Shown: positions 1-10,167 of the stretch, piece by piece
Layout of the letters: each line of letters starts with the position of its first letter
Numbering within the stretch: the stretch's first letter is position 1
Source: an uncultured Oscillochloris sp.
GTDB lineage: Bacteria > Chloroflexota > Chloroflexia > Chloroflexales > Chloroflexaceae
Length of the DNA: 40,080 nt
Assembly (NCBI GenBank): GCA_903916565.1
Contig: CAIWXH010000229.1
Coordinates: forward strand, 1 to 40,080
Direction of reading: 5' to 3'
Made by a program: the position numbers and the translations under genes
The notes under the pieces: model-generated
Database searches by the model: none
Told to the model about the DNA's origin: nothing
Seen by the model: only the letters and a program-made list of their open reading frames with translations

Positions 1-244
<244 letters not shown>

Positions 245-254
245 CTGGTTTTTT

Positions 255-287
255 CAGTAGGGCGGAGGGAAATGCTCCGCCCTACTG
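255..287 (+). terminator. 13-bp stem-loop just after the tuf stop (possible terminator or attenuator; no downstream T-tract)
   Basis: CAGTAGGGCGGAG (255-267) pairs perfectly with CTCCGCCCTACTG (275-287), loop GGAAATG. A T6 run precedes it rather than following it. Confidence 0.35.
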
Positions 288-307
288 TATCGTGATAGAG
301 GAACACT

Positions 308-616
308 ATGGCCAAGCAGAAGGTGCGTATTCGCCTAAAGGCGTATGACCACAAAATTCTAGACCAATCAGCCCGCCAGATCGTCGAGGCCGCTGAACGA
401 ACTGGAGCCCTTGTCGCCGGGCCGGTGCCGTTGCCCACCAAGATCGAGAAGTACAGCGTGATCCGCTCGCCCTTCATCGACAAAGACTCGCAGGAGCAGT
501 TCGAGATCAGGACCCACAAACGCCTGATTGATGTGCTTGACCCGAGCCAGCAGACGATTAATGCCCTGATGAAGCTAAACCTGCCGGCTGGCGTAGATAT
601 CGAGATTAAACTCTAA
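308..616 (+). CDS. rpsJ: 30S ribosomal protein S10
   Basis: 102 aa, [27 protein letters not shown]...; first gene of the S10 operon after tuf. Confidence 0.97.
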   Translation: MAKQKVRIRLKAYDHKILDQSARQIVEAAERTGALVAGPVPLPTKIEKYSVIRSPFIDKDSQEQFEIRTHKRLIDVLDPSQQTINALMKLNLPAGVDIEIKL

Positions 617-752
617 AGCGTTTAACCCTCGCATTGGTGAGAGCCCCGCAAAAAACGGCCCGTTAGGCTCTCTCAGATCACCTTAAGAGCGCAAGGAAGC
701 CAGAGAAAAAGGCAGCCGCTGCGCGGAGACGCATGCTGCGGAGGTAGCAGTA

Positions 753-1382
753 ATGGTTAATGGTTTGTTAGGTCGCAAGGTGGGCATGACGCAAGTCTTC
801 ACCGAGAAGGGTGAGGTTGTGCCGGTAACGGTGATTAACGCCGGGCCGTGCGTGGTCACCCAGGTGCGTATCGCTGAGCGCGACGGCTACAATGCGGTGC
901 AGCTCGGCTACGAGCAGGTCGAGGCCCGCAAGCTGACGAAGCCCCAGCAGGGCCACCTGAAGGCCGCCGGGACGCTCGTTCGGTTCTTGCGCGAGTTTAC
1001 CGCCGATGACCCCCAGGCGCACAGCGTCGGCGAGATTATCAACGTCGCGTTGTTCCAGGCCGGTCAGAAGGTGGACATCTCGGGGAACTCGAAGGGTCGC
1101 GGTTTCGCCGGTGTGGTCAAGCGGCACCACTTTCGGGGTGGCCCCAAGACCCACGGTCAGAGCGACCGCCACCGCGCCCCTGGCTCGATTGGCGCCGGTA
1201 CGACGCCAGGCCGCGTGTGGAAAGGCCAGAAAATGGCCGGTCGCATGGGCGGCAAGCGCGTGACGGTGCAGAACCTTGAGGTCGTTGAGGTGCTGGCCGA
1301 CAAAAACCTGATTCTGGTCAAGGGCTCCGTCCCCGGCGCCCGTAGTGGCCTGCTCCAGATCCGCCGTGCGGTGAAGGGCTAA
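753..1382 (+). CDS. rplC: 50S ribosomal protein L3
   Basis: 209 aa, [13 protein letters not shown]...[33 protein letters not shown]; conserved operon position. Confidence 0.97.
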   Translation: MVNGLLGRKVGMTQVFTEKGEVVPVTVINAGPCVVTQVRIAERDGYNAVQLGYEQVEARKLTKPQQGHLKAAGTLVRFLREFTADDPQAHSVGEIINVALFQAGQKVDISGNSKGRGFAGVVKRHHFRGGPKTHGQSDRHRAPGSIGAGTTPGRVWKGQKMAGRMGGKRVTVQNLEVVEVLADKNLILVKGSVPGARSGLLQIRRAVKG

Positions 1383-1394
1383 GGGGAAAAAGAG

Positions 1395-2063
1395 ATGCAG
1401 GCGACACTCTATAACCAGGGCGGCGAGCAGATCGGCTTGATCGATCTCAATGACTATCTCTTCGGCGTGACGCCGAATGTGCCCCTGATGCACCAGTATG
1501 TGGTGATGCAGGCCGCGAACAAGCGCCAGGGCACCCAGAGTACCAAAGGGCGCGGCGAGGTCAAAGGGAGCACGCGCAAGATTTACCGCCAGAAGGGCAC
1601 TGGCCGGGCACGTCAGGGGACGATCCGCGCCCCTCACCACATGGGCGGCGGTATTGCTCACGGCCCGCACCCACGCTCGTATCGGCTCAATATGCCGCGC
1701 AAGATGCGCCGCCTGGCGGTGCGCTCGGCGCTTTCAGCCAAGTACGCCGCAGCGGCGATTCGCTTTGTCGATAGCTTGGCCTTCGAGCGGCCGCGCACCA
1801 AAGATGCGCTGGCCTTGCTTGCGGCGCACGGCTTTACTACCGGCAAGACGCTCATCGTTGTGGACAGCAAGAACGAGCAGAACCAGATTGTCCAGCGCTC
1901 GGCCAACAATCTGCCGCACGTCAAGACGCTGCTTGCCAGCTATCTGAATGTGCGCGATCTGCTCCAGTTCGACCATATCATCCTACCCCAGGCCGCGATC
2001 GCGGTGATCGAAGGGATCCTGGGGAACGGCGCCGGCGCGGCGGCGGCGAGCGAGGAGGAGTAG
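1395..2063 (+). CDS. rplD: 50S ribosomal protein L4
   Basis: 222 aa, ...[41 protein letters not shown]...; short Ala/Glu-rich C-terminal tail. Confidence 0.96.
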   Translation: MQATLYNQGGEQIGLIDLNDYLFGVTPNVPLMHQYVVMQAANKRQGTQSTKGRGEVKGSTRKIYRQKGTGRARQGTIRAPHHMGGGIAHGPHPRSYRLNMPRKMRRLAVRSALSAKYAAAAIRFVDSLAFERPRTKDALALLAAHGFTTGKTLIVVDSKNEQNQIVQRSANNLPHVKTLLASYLNVRDLLQFDHIILPQAAIAVIEGILGNGAGAAAASEEE

Positions 2064-2068
2064 CCCCG

Positions 2069-2353
2069 ATGCCTACGCCGCATGAGATTATCATCCGCCC
2101 GCTGATCACCGAGAAGAATACCGGCCTGATGGTCTACAACAAGTATTCTTTTGAGGTAATCCGCGCCGCGTCGAAGCCCGAGATCAAGCAGGCCGTCGAG
2201 ACAATTTTTAGTGTCTCGGTTTCCAAAGTTCATACCATGCACGTGCGCGGTAAGCTCAAGCGCCGTGGTCGCGAGGTGGGCTACACCCGCGAGTGGAAAA
2301 AGGCGATCGTCACCCTTGTTCCGGGCGACCGGATCGAGATCTTCGAGAGCTGA
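2069..2353 (+). CDS. rplW: 50S ribosomal protein L23
   Basis: 94 aa, [14 protein letters not shown]...NKYSFEV; operon position. Confidence 0.96.
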   Translation: MPTPHEIIIRPLITEKNTGLMVYNKYSFEVIRAASKPEIKQAVETIFSVSVSKVHTMHVRGKLKRRGREVGYTREWKKAIVTLVPGDRIEIFES

Positions 2354-2362
2354 GGTAGCACA

Positions 2363-3190
2363 ATGGGTGTCCGTAAATACAAGCCAACCTCGGCTGGTCG
2401 CCGCAATATGTCGGTTTCGACCTTCGAGGATCTGACCAAGAAGCGGCCAGAGCCTGGTCTGATCGAGCCGCTGCGGAAGCGGGCTGGTCGCAATAACCGG
2501 GGTCGGATTACCACGCGCCACCGGGGCGGCGGTCACAAGCGCTTCTATCGCATCATTGACTTCAAGCGCAACAAACTCGGCGTTCCGGGTAAGGTGCAGG
2601 CGCTTGAGTACGATCCTAACCGCACCGCGCGCATTGCCCTGATCGCCTATGCCGACGGCGAGAAGCGCTATATTCTCGCGCCGGTCGGGCTGAAGGTCGG
2701 CGACGCGATCAGCAGTGGCTCCGACGCCGACATCCGTCCAGGGAATGCGCTGCCGTTGAGCGCCATCCCGCTCGGTACCCAGATTCATAACCTTGAGCTG
2801 GAGATCGGTCGTGGCGGCGTGCTGGTGCGTAGCGCTGGCACCTCGGCCCAGTTGATGGCGAAAGAGGGCGACTACGCCACCGTGCGTATGCCCTCGGGCG
2901 AGATGCGCCAGATTCATGTGCGCTGCATCGCCACCATCGGCCAGGTTGGCAACGCTGACCATCAGAACGTGCGCCTCGGCAAGGCCGGTCGCTCGCGCTG
3001 GCTGGGTCGGCGGCCTACGGTGCGCGGTACGGTGATGAACCCCCGCGACCATCCCCACGGCGGTGGCGAGGGCCGTGCGCCCCGTGGTATGAGTACCCCC
3101 AAGACGAAATGGGGCAAGCCCGCCCACGGTGTCAAGACCCGCAACAATAAGCGCACGGATCGCTTCATTGTGCGGCGGCGGAAGGTCTAA
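2363..3190 (+). CDS. rplB: 50S ribosomal protein L2
   Basis: 275 aa, [14 protein letters not shown]...[17 protein letters not shown]. Confidence 0.98.
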   Translation: MGVRKYKPTSAGRRNMSVSTFEDLTKKRPEPGLIEPLRKRAGRNNRGRITTRHRGGGHKRFYRIIDFKRNKLGVPGKVQALEYDPNRTARIALIAYADGEKRYILAPVGLKVGDAISSGSDADIRPGNALPLSAIPLGTQIHNLELEIGRGGVLVRSAGTSAQLMAKEGDYATVRMPSGEMRQIHVRCIATIGQVGNADHQNVRLGKAGRSRWLGRRPTVRGTVMNPRDHPHGGGEGRAPRGMSTPKTKWGKPAHGVKTRNNKRTDRFIVRRRKV

Positions 3191-3191
3191 A

Positions 3192-3209
3192 GGCGCAGCA
3201 TGCTGCGCC
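3192..3209. repeat. Perfect 18-nt palindrome GGCGCAGCATGCTGCGCC, 2 nt after the rplB stop
   Basis: Self-complementary 9+9 nt centred on GCATGC. Related copies occur at 8361-8378 and 13759-13778, each right after a stop codon. Confidence 0.8.
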
Positions 3210-3229
3210 CCAACAACTGAATGGTCTTT

Positions 3230-3272
3230 GGCGATAGGTCGTAAATCCCCTCTAGGGATATGACCTATCGCC
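3230..3272. repeat. Nested stem-loop in the rplB-rpsS spacer
   Basis: GGCGATAGGTC (3230-3240) pairs with GACCTATCGCC (3262-3272). An inner stem ATCCC (3245-3249)/GGGAT (3255-3259) sits inside. The arms carry the CGATAGG word that recurs elsewhere in the window. Confidence 0.7.
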
Positions 3273-3303
3273 TAAAGGCCGTAGCCCGTAGGAGGCATTA
3301 GCG

Positions 3304-3591
3304 ATGTCCCGTTCCTCGAAGAAAGGCCCTTACGTTGACATCAGGCTGCTCGAGCGCGTGGAGGACATGAACCGCGCCAGCGAGAAGCGGGTGTTGCGAA
3401 CGTGGTCGCGTGACTCGACCGTCTTCCCGCAGATGATCGGCCACACGATTGCTGTCCACGACGGTCGCCGCCATGTGCCGGTGTACCTCACCGAGAATAT
3501 GGTCGGCCATAAGCTCGGCGAGTTTGCGCCCACCCGGCTCTTCCGTGGCCACGGTGGCAAGAAGGCCGACAAGCGCGGCAAAATGAAGTAG
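3304..3591 (+). CDS. rpsS: 30S ribosomal protein S19
   Basis: 95 aa, [12 protein letters not shown]...[30 protein letters not shown]. Confidence 0.97.
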   Translation: MSRSSKKGPYVDIRLLERVEDMNRASEKRVLRTWSRDSTVFPQMIGHTIAVHDGRRHVPVYLTENMVGHKLGEFAPTRLFRGHGGKKADKRGKMK

Positions 3592-3652
3592 CGACGCCCG
3601 GGGCTCATACCCGGTGCGGCCCGTCCAGGTCGCGTACACAACTCGTGATGTG

Positions 3653-3661
3653 TGGTACAAT
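3653..3661 (+). promoter_or_regulatory. Candidate extended -10 promoter element (TGgTACAAT) inside the rpsS-rplV spacer
   Basis: The sequence TGTGGTACAAT resembles TGTGGTATTAT at 11542-11552. No clear -35. Motif evidence only. Confidence 0.3.
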
Positions 3662-3723
3662 GGTCGGGTTTGCTATGCGCGCCGCACCTGCCGGTAGCGC
3701 CCGGAGCGCAGACGAGTAAAACG

Positions 3724-4065
3724 ATGGAAGTCAAAGCTATAACGCGCTTGGTGCGAATCTCGCCGCTGAAGGTTCGCCTGGTGATGGATGTGGTGCGGGG
3801 CATGCCAGTTGCGAAAGCCCTGGCAACGCTGAACTACATGCCGCAGAAGGCAGCTCGCGAGGTGTCCCGCACGATCAAGTCGGCGTCGGCCAATGCCGAG
3901 CACAATTTCGACCTTGACCCCAATGTCTTGGTGGTCAAGCGCATTTTCGCCGACCAGGGTCCGGTTTTGAAGCGCTCTATGCCGCGAGCTCGCGGTATGG
4001 CCAATAAGATCCGTAGGCCGACGACCCACATCACGGTGATCGTTGACGACGGATCAGACTACTAG
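3724..4065 (+). CDS. rplV: 50S ribosomal protein L22
   Basis: The track ORF starts at 3652, but the conserved L22 N-terminus [20 protein letters not shown] begins at the ATG at 3724. Confidence 0.93.
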   Translation: MEVKAITRLVRISPLKVRLVMDVVRGMPVAKALATLNYMPQKAAREVSRTIKSASANAEHNFDLDPNVLVVKRIFADQGPVLKRSMPRARGMANKIRRPTTHITVIVDDGSDY

Positions 4066-4088
4066 GCTGCCAGCAGTAGGAGGCACTC

Positions 4089-4817
4089 TTGGGACGCAAG
4101 GTTCATCCGATCGGCTTTCGCCTCGGCTACATCAAAGACTGGCAGTCGAAGTGGTTCGCTGAAGGCGACGCCTACACTACCCAGCTCCACGAGGATCTTG
4201 CGCTACGCAAGCTCATCGCGAAGGAACTCGCCAACGCCGGTGTGTCGCGGATTGAGATCGAGCGCTCGGCCAATAAGGTCGAGGTGACGGTCTTCACCGC
4301 TAAGCCCGGTATCGTGATCGGCAAGCGCGGCGCAAATGTCGATCTGCTCAAGAACGCCCTTGAGAAGCGCACGGGCAAGAAGATCAAGCTGAACATTCAG
4401 GAGATCCACCAGCCCGAGCTTGATGCCCAGCTTGTGGCTGAGAGCATCGGCGAGCAGATTAACAAGCGCGTTAGCTACAAGCGTGCGATGAAGCAGGCTG
4501 TCCAACGCGCCCGGCGCCTGGGTGCTCAGGGCGTTCGCATCAAGTGTTCAGGGCGCCTTGGTGGGGCCGAGATGTCGCGCATCCAGAGCGAGAGCGAGGG
4601 CCGCGTGCCGCGCCATACGCTCCGTGCCGATATTGACTACGCCACGGTTCACGCTCACACCACCTACGGACGGATCGGCGTCAAGGTCTGGATCTACAAG
4701 GGCGAGGTCTTCCCTGATAAGCTTGGGAAGGCGCTGGTCGAGCAGCAGGTGAGCGCCCCTGAGCGCAACGAGCGTAGCGAGCGTCGGCCAAGGAGGGGCG
4801 ACAATGCTTCTTCCTAA
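4089..4817 (+). CDS. rpsC: 30S ribosomal protein S3
   Basis: 242 aa, TTG start after [30 protein letters not shown]...; basic/acidic C-terminal extension. Confidence 0.96.
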   Translation: MGRKVHPIGFRLGYIKDWQSKWFAEGDAYTTQLHEDLALRKLIAKELANAGVSRIEIERSANKVEVTVFTAKPGIVIGKRGANVDLLKNALEKRTGKKIKLNIQEIHQPELDAQLVAESIGEQINKRVSYKRAMKQAVQRARRLGAQGVRIKCSGRLGGAEMSRIQSESEGRVPRHTLRADIDYATVHAHTTYGRIGVKVWIYKGEVFPDKLGKALVEQQVSAPERNERSERRPRRGDNASS

Positions 4818-5247
4818 GCGCACGAAGTATCGCAAGATGCAGAAGGGCCGCAGCGAGGGTCTCTCGTATCGCGGCAACAGTGTGGCCTTCGGTGACTACG
4901 GTCTGATGGCGCTTGAGCCAGTCTGGATCACCAGCCGTCAGATTGAGGCCGCCCGCCGCACGATTACGGGCTACATCAAGCGCGGTGGCAAGGTCTGGAT
5001 TCGGATCTTCCCCGACAAGCCGGTGACCCAGAAGCCCGCCGAGACCCGCATGGGTGGCGGTAAGGGCAGCGTCGATCACTGGGTGGCGGTGATTAAGCCT
5101 GGGCGCGTGCTGTTCGAGCTCGGTGGCGTAAAAGAGGATGTCGCCATTGAGGCCCTGAAGCGAGCGGCCCAAAAGTTGCCGATCAAATGCAAGATCATTG
5201 GGCGCGATGATGTTGAGCCGGAGGTGAGCAGTGGCGACAGCGAGTGA
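4804..5247 (+). CDS. rplP: 50S ribosomal protein L16
   Basis: 147 aa, [16 protein letters not shown]...; overlaps the rpsC end by 14 nt. Confidence 0.97.
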   Translation: MLLPKRTKYRKMQKGRSEGLSYRGNSVAFGDYGLMALEPVWITSRQIEAARRTITGYIKRGGKVWIRIFPDKPVTQKPAETRMGGGKGSVDHWVAVIKPGRVLFELGGVKEDVAIEALKRAAQKLPIKCKIIGRDDVEPEVSSGDSE

Positions 5248-5431
5248 ACTGCGAACCCTTGATGAGACGAGGCTGCGCGACCAGATCAAGGGCTACTACG
5301 AGGAGTTGTTTAACCTGCGCTTCCAGAAGGTCACTGGACGCCTGACCAACACAGCCCGTTCGCGCCAGGTGAAGAAGGAGATCGCGCGGATTAAGACCGT
5401 TCTGCGCGAGCGCGAACTGGGGCAGGAGTAG
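5231..5431 (+). CDS. rpmC: 50S ribosomal protein L29
   Basis: 66 aa, [27 protein letters not shown]; operon position. Confidence 0.93.
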   Translation: MATASELRTLDETRLRDQIKGYYEELFNLRFQKVTGRLTNTARSRQVKKEIARIKTVLRERELGQE

Positions 5432-5436
5432 CAACT

Positions 5437-5712
5437 ATGAGTGAGATCGAGCAGCCGCGCACCGTTCGCAAGACCCAGAAGGTCGGGCGTGTGGTGAGCG
5501 ATAAGATGACGAAGACGGTGGTGGTGGCGGTGGATTATCTGAAGCCGCACCCGCTCTACCGGAAGATTATCCGCAAGACGAGCAAGTTCCACGCCCACGA
5601 CGAGGAGAACACCTGCAAGGTGGGCGATGTGGTACGTATCGAAGAGACGCGCCCCCTGAGTCGCACCAAGCGCTGGCTTGTGATCGAGATCGTTCAGCGC
5701 GGCGAGGAGTAA
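5437..5712 (+). CDS. rpsQ: 30S ribosomal protein S17
   Basis: 91 aa, [42 protein letters not shown]. Confidence 0.96.
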   Translation: MSEIEQPRTVRKTQKVGRVVSDKMTKTVVVAVDYLKPHPLYRKIIRKTSKFHAHDEENTCKVGDVVRIEETRPLSRTKRWLVIEIVQRGEE

Positions 5713-5717
5713 CGGCC

Positions 5718-6086
5718 ATGATCCAGCCCCAGACCCGCCTGAAGGTTGCCGATAATACCGGCGCCAAAGAGATTATGTGCATCCGCGTCCTTGGTGGCTC
5801 GGTGGTGCGCTATGGCCGCGTTGGCGACGTGATTGTTGCCAGCGTTAAGCATGCCACCCCCGGCGGCACCGTGAAAAAGGGCGAGGTCGTGCGTGCGGTG
5901 ATTATTCGCACGGCCAAGGAGTACGGTCGTTCCGACGGCTCACATATTCGCTTCGATGATAACGCCGCCGTGATTATCGGTAAAGAGAATAATCCACGCG
6001 GCACCCGTATTTTTGGCCCGGTCGCCCGTGAACTCCGCGAGAAGCAGTTCATGCGGATTGTGTCCCTGGCGCCTGAGGTACTGTAA
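5718..6086 (+). CDS. rplN: 50S ribosomal protein L14
   Basis: 122 aa, [27 protein letters not shown]. Confidence 0.98.
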   Translation: MIQPQTRLKVADNTGAKEIMCIRVLGGSVVRYGRVGDVIVASVKHATPGGTVKKGEVVRAVIIRTAKEYGRSDGSHIRFDDNAAVIIGKENNPRGTRIFGPVARELREKQFMRIVSLAPEVL

Positions 6087-6133
6087 GGCCTTCGGCCCAG
6101 TCGCGGGCCGGGCGAGTAAGAGTAGGTGTCCTT

Positions 6134-6466
6134 ATGCACGTCAAGACTGGTGACGAAGTCCTCGTCATCGCCGGGAAGGATAAGGGGCGGAAAGGCAAAA
6201 TTAAGCAGTCGATTCCTACACGTGGGCGTGTGGTGATCGAAGGGCTGAACATTGCCAAGCGCCACATGAAGCCTCGTGGCCCCGGCAAGCCCGGCGGGAT
6301 CATCGACATCGAGGCGTCACTCGATGTCTCGAACGTGATGCTGATTTGCCCCAGTTGCGGTCGTGCCGCGCGCACGGGTCACCGCTTTCTGGAAGAGACC
6401 GACCATAAAGGCCGCCCGCGTAAGGTGCGCTTCTGCAAGGCCTGCGACGCGGCAATCGATAAGTAG
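6134..6466 (+). CDS. rplX: 50S ribosomal protein L24 (C4 zinc-ribbon form)
   Basis: 110 aa, MHVKTGDEVLVIAGKDKGRKGKI...; C-terminal CPSCG...CKAC, as in Thermus-type L24. Confidence 0.95.
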   Translation: MHVKTGDEVLVIAGKDKGRKGKIKQSIPTRGRVVIEGLNIAKRHMKPRGPGKPGGIIDIEASLDVSNVMLICPSCGRAARTGHRFLEETDHKGRPRKVRFCKACDAAIDK

Positions 6467-6526
6467 GCCACGCCCTCAGGGCCGGCGACCGCCGCATGAG
6501 CGTCGCCAAGCCCCTGGAGAAGAACT

Positions 6527-7069
6527 ATGCCAGTCCGTTTGCGCGAAAAGTATCAGCAGGAAATTGTCCCTGCCTTGGTGCAGGAGTTCAAGTTTACGTC
6601 GGTGATGCAGGCACCCCGCCTGAGCAAAATCGTCGTGAATGTGGGCGTCGGTGAGGCCGTACAGAACTCGAAGGCACTGGATGCTGCCGTCGGTGACATC
6701 ACGATCATCACGGGCCAAAAGCCGGTGGTCACCAAGGCCCGCAAGTCGATTGCGGCCTTCAAGCTGCGCGAGGGGGTGCCGATTGGGGTCATGGTTACCC
6801 TGCGCGGTGATCGGATGTACGACTTTTTTGATCGGCTCGTCCACTTAGCCCTTCCCCGGCTCCGCGATTTTCGTGGGGTCAGTCGGCGCTCATTTGATGG
6901 GCGCGGCAACTATAGTCTGGGTTTGCGCGAGCAGATCGTCTTCCCCGATATTGACTACGATAAGATTGATAAGCTTCGGGGTCTTGAGGTCGTGATCGTG
7001 ACGACCGCCACCGACGACGCGCAGGCGTATGTCCTGCTGAAGCGCCTTGGGATGCCCTTTAAGGATTAG
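6527..7069 (+). CDS. rplE: 50S ribosomal protein L5
   Basis: 180 aa, [17 protein letters not shown]...[20 protein letters not shown]. Confidence 0.97.
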   Translation: MPVRLREKYQQEIVPALVQEFKFTSVMQAPRLSKIVVNVGVGEAVQNSKALDAAVGDITIITGQKPVVTKARKSIAAFKLREGVPIGVMVTLRGDRMYDFFDRLVHLALPRLRDFRGVSRRSFDGRGNYSLGLREQIVFPDIDYDKIDKLRGLEVVIVTTATDDAQAYVLLKRLGMPFKD

Positions 7070-7120
7070 TCTGGGCCAGGAGCAGAGGCTCACCAGCCCA
7101 ACACTTTAGGAGGAACGACT

Positions 7121-7306
7121 TTGGCGAAGACGTCCTGGATCGTGAAGGCGAGCCGCCCGCAGAAGTTTAAGGTGCGCGAGTACAACCGTTGCAAGACGTG
7201 TGGTCGCTCGCGGGCCTACATGCGTAAATTCGGCATGTGCCGCATCTGCTTCCGTGAGAACGCCCTGAAGGGCCTCATCCCGGGTGTGGTGAAGTCCAGT
7301 TGGTAG
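7121..7306 (+). CDS. rpsN: 30S ribosomal protein S14, type Z (zinc-binding, 61 aa)
   Basis: TTG start after AGGAGG; [23 protein letters not shown]...W; operon position between rplE and rpsH. Confidence 0.95.
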   Translation: MAKTSWIVKASRPQKFKVREYNRCKTCGRSRAYMRKFGMCRICFRENALKGLIPGVVKSSW

Positions 7307-7379
7307 CAGGTGTACGCTTGAATAGGCACATGGCGCATGAGCCGGCTCTGGCCGGCATCCGAGGTGTGAGGAGGCTCTT

Positions 7380-7778
7380 GTGAGCGTTAATGATCCCATC
7401 GGCGATATGCTGACGCGCATCCGTAACGCCTGCATGGCGCGGAAGATTGTCGTAGACATTCCTGCGTCGAAAATGAAGCTGGCGATTGCGGAAATCCTGA
7501 AGCGCGAGGGGTTCATCAGGGAATACAGCGTGGTCGAGGGCAAGCCCTGTAGCACCATTTCGATCACGCTCAAGTATACGTCGGATCGGCGACCGGCCAT
7601 TACCGGCCTACGCCGCGTTAGCAAGCCTGGCTTGCGTATTTACAGCGGGCGCGACGAGATTCCTCGGGTGCGCGGTGGCCTGGGGTTGAGCATCCTCTCG
7701 ACGCCGAAGGGCGTGCTGGCTGGGCACGATGCCTGGCGCGAGCACGTAGGCGGCGAGGTGCTCTGCTATGTCTGGTAG
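7380..7778 (+). CDS. rpsH: 30S ribosomal protein S8
   Basis: 132 aa, GTG start, [14 protein letters not shown]...GGEVLCYVW. Confidence 0.97.
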   Translation: MSVNDPIGDMLTRIRNACMARKIVVDIPASKMKLAIAEILKREGFIREYSVVEGKPCSTISITLKYTSDRRPAITGLRRVSKPGLRIYSGRDEIPRVRGGLGLSILSTPKGVLAGHDAWREHVGGEVLCYVW

Positions 7779-7795
7779 GGCACAGGGAGGCTGCA

Positions 7796-8359
7796 ATGTC
7801 GCGTATTGGTAAGAAACCCATCACCCTGCCGAAGGGTGTGGATGTGACTGTGGGCGAGGGGAACTTGGTTACGGTCAAGGGGCCGAAGGGCACGCTGATC
7901 CAGCAACTTCACCCTGACATGGTGATCGCGCATGAGAGTGGCGATCTCATCGTCAATCGGCCCTCGGACGGTAAGCTGCATAAGGCGCTCCACGGCCTGA
8001 CCCGCACGCTGATCAGTAATATGGTCGTCGGGGTCACTGATGGCTGGCAGCGCGCCCTTGAGATTAACGGGGTCGGCTACCGTGCGGTGCTGGAGGGGAA
8101 GACGCTGGTGTTGAGCCTCGGCTTCTCGCATCAGGTGCGCCTCGAACCGCCTACGGATGTGCAGTATGTGGTTGGTGAGCGCAAAAGCGCCAACGACCCG
8201 CTGGCCCTCTTCGTGCGCGGGATTGACAAGCAGGTTGTTGGTGAGCAGGCGGCCAAGCTCCGTGGCCTGCGCCCGCCCGAACCCTACAAGGGCAAGGGTG
8301 TCAAGTACGCCGAAGAGAAGATTCGCCGTAAGGCCGGTAAGGCTGGTAAGGCGAAGTAG
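7796..8359 (+). CDS. rplF: 50S ribosomal protein L6
   Basis: 187 aa, MSRIGKKPITLPKGVDV...PEPYKGKGVKY. Confidence 0.97.
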   Translation: MSRIGKKPITLPKGVDVTVGEGNLVTVKGPKGTLIQQLHPDMVIAHESGDLIVNRPSDGKLHKALHGLTRTLISNMVVGVTDGWQRALEINGVGYRAVLEGKTLVLSLGFSHQVRLEPPTDVQYVVGERKSANDPLALFVRGIDKQVVGEQAAKLRGLRPPEPYKGKGVKYAEEKIRRKAGKAGKAK

Positions 8360-8360
8360 G

Positions 8361-8378
8361 GGCGAAGCATGCTACGCC
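8361..8378. repeat. Imperfect GCATGC-centred palindrome GGCGAAGCATGCTACGCC, 2 nt after the rplF stop
   Basis: Same family as 3192-3209; one mismatch in the 9-bp arms. Confidence 0.7.
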
Positions 8379-8452
8379 TCTGTAAGGTTGTTGAGCGGCT
8401 GTCTCTGGCGATAGGGGATAGAATCTCTGTCGCGTCAGTGAGGATATAGATT

Positions 8453-8818
8453 ATGGGTAGGCGATCTCCCCGCGAGCTGCGTGTCCGGCGCCACTTTCGC
8501 CTGCGGAAGCGGGTGACCGGCAGCGTCGAGCGGCCACGGCTGAATGTCTTCCGCAGCAACGTGCATATCTACGCCCAGGTCATTGACGACGTGAAGGGTC
8601 ACACCTTGGCGGCGGCCTCGACCAACGAAAAGGGCTGGGGTGCCGAGGACGAGGCGAAGACCAAGACTGAGCAGGCCACCATCGTCGGTCGGCTGCTTGC
8701 CGAGCGCGCCTTGGCCGCCGGCGTGACCAAGGTCGTGTTTGACCGTGGCGGCTTTAAGTACCACGGGCGGGTGAAGGCGCTGGCCGAGGCTGCGCGCGAG
8801 GCCGGCCTGAACTTCTAG
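8453..8818 (+). CDS. rplR: 50S ribosomal protein L18
   Basis: 121 aa, [35 protein letters not shown]...[26 protein letters not shown]. Confidence 0.97.
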   Translation: MGRRSPRELRVRRHFRLRKRVTGSVERPRLNVFRSNVHIYAQVIDDVKGHTLAAASTNEKGWGAEDEAKTKTEQATIVGRLLAERALAAGVTKVVFDRGGFKYHGRVKALAEAAREAGLNF

Positions 8819-8845
8819 GCCCAGTGGGCCCCTTTTGGAGGCAAC

Positions 8846-9394
8846 GTGAAGCGAGAACGCATTAACGCCGACGCGCTGGAACTTGAGGAGCGCGTGGTCC
8901 AGATTAACCGCGTCTCCAAGGTGGTGAAGGGCGGCCGCCGCTTCAGCTTCAGCACCGTGGTAGTCGTCGGCGACGGCAAAGGCCACGTCGGCGTCGGTAT
9001 GGGCAAGGCCGCTGAGGTTCCCGAGGCGATTCGCAAGGGCACCGAGGCCGCTAAGCGTAATCTCATTCGTATTCCGCTCGTGGGCACCACGGTGCCCCAC
9101 GATGTGATCACTAAGTTCTCGGCCACGAAGGTGATGCTCCGTCCGGCAGCCCCTGGTACCGGCGTCATCGCCGGTCGTGGGGTGCGCCCGGTCGTCGAGG
9201 CTGCCGGGATCAAGGACATTCTGTCTAAGGTCTATGGCAGCAACAACCCGGTCAATGTGGTCAAGGCGGCGTTCCAGGCGCTCAGCGAGCTGAGTTCACT
9301 GAGCGAGATGGCCCGTCGGCGTGATTTGACGCCGCAGGAGTTGATCGCCCGCCGTGCCCGCCGCGAGCCGGTCGTTGAGGAGGCTCAGCCGTGA
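8846..9394 (+). CDS. rpsE: 30S ribosomal protein S5
   Basis: 182 aa, GTG start after [44 protein letters not shown]. Confidence 0.97.
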   Translation: MKRERINADALELEERVVQINRVSKVVKGGRRFSFSTVVVVGDGKGHVGVGMGKAAEVPEAIRKGTEAAKRNLIRIPLVGTTVPHDVITKFSATKVMLRPAAPGTGVIAGRGVRPVVEAAGIKDILSKVYGSNNPVNVVKAAFQALSELSSLSEMARRRDLTPQELIARRARREPVVEEAQP

Positions 9395-9588
9395 GCAAGC
9401 TCCGCATCACCTATAAGAAGAGCATGATCGGGTACGCCAAGAATCAGAAAGAGACGATCAAGTCGCTTGGTCTGCGTAAGCTTGGCCATTCGGTGATTAA
9501 GCCGGATAACGCCTCGGTGCGGGGCATGATCTTTACGGTCAGGCACCTCGTGGTGATCGAGGAAGTCGGCGACGAGGTGACGGCATGA
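9391..9588 (+). CDS. rpmD: 50S ribosomal protein L30
   Basis: 65 aa, [28 protein letters not shown]; 4-nt overlaps with both neighbours. Confidence 0.93.
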   Translation: MSKLRITYKKSMIGYAKNQKETIKSLGLRKLGHSVIKPDNASVRGMIFTVRHLVVIEEVGDEVTA

Positions 9589-10109
9589 AACTCCACGATC
9601 TCAAGCCCGCCGAGGGCTCACACCGTAAGACCAAGCGGATTGGTCGCGGTCACGGCTCCGGCAAGGGCAAGACCTCGGGCAAGGGTATGATGGGCCAGAA
9701 GGCCCGCCGTGGCCCCGGCCCCTATCGCACCTTTGAGGGCGGTCAGAACCGCCTCGTGAAGCGCATGCCGTTCAAGCGTGGCTTCACGAACATCTTTCGC
9801 GTCGAGTATCAGGTGGTCAACCTTGAGGTCTTTGAGGCGTGGCCTGCGGACGTGGTGGTGACGCCCGAGGTGCTGCTTGAGCGGCGGATCATTCGCAAGA
9901 AGACCCTGCCGCTGAAGATCCTTGGCCAGGGCGAACTGGGTCACGCCGTAACGGTGCAGGCCCATAAGTTCTCGGCCAGCGCCAAGCAGAAGATTGAGGC
10001 TGCGGGCGGCACCGTCGTCGAGTTGCCCTGGATCATAGAGCGCCACTCGCGCTCGCGTGGGCCGAACCCCTCGGCGCGCAACGCCGAGGCTAAGAAGGCG
10101 AAGGCTTAG
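9585..10109 (+). CDS. rplO: 50S ribosomal protein L15
   Basis: 174 aa, [34 protein letters not shown]. Confidence 0.96.
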   Translation: MKLHDLKPAEGSHRKTKRIGRGHGSGKGKTSGKGMMGQKARRGPGPYRTFEGGQNRLVKRMPFKRGFTNIFRVEYQVVNLEVFEAWPADVVVTPEVLLERRIIRKKTLPLKILGQGELGHAVTVQAHKFSASAKQKIEAAGGTVVELPWIIERHSRSRGPNPSARNAEAKKAKA

Positions 10110-10167
10110 GTTATTCTACGCACACCACGGTGGTGTAGCCGCTGTGGTGTGCGCGAGGAAACGTTCG

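Noticed and set aside
616-752. The rpsJ-rplC spacer (137 nt) with an 8-bp stem (TGAGAGCC/GGCTCTCA at 638-673) and a degenerate GCATGC word. I considered an S10-leader-like or L4 attenuator.
   Set aside because: The known L4-responsive attenuator lies upstream of rpsJ in enterobacteria, not here. The stem is short with a 20-nt loop, so I have insufficient evidence to call a regulatory element.
1940-3127. 395-aa minus-strand ORF antisense to rplD-rplW-rplB. Similar long antisense ORFs occur at 768-1670(-), 8435-9100(-), 4681-5289(-), 15417-16133(-) and 35377-36080(-).
   Set aside because: They lie opposite unmistakable conserved genes. Their products are Arg/Ala/Gly/Pro-rich and low-complexity, as expected for shadow ORFs in high-GC DNA, and they have no RBS.
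10057-10167. N-terminal extensions offered by the ORF track for secY (10057), rplV (3652), rpsM (12829), rpsD (13835), rplM (16837), rpsI (17376), rsmD (17900), pdxS (32671) and the acidic ORF (32631).
   Set aside because: The extensions overlap upstream genes or are Arg/Pro-rich junk. In each case the conserved family N-terminus starts at an internal ATG or GTG with a better RBS.
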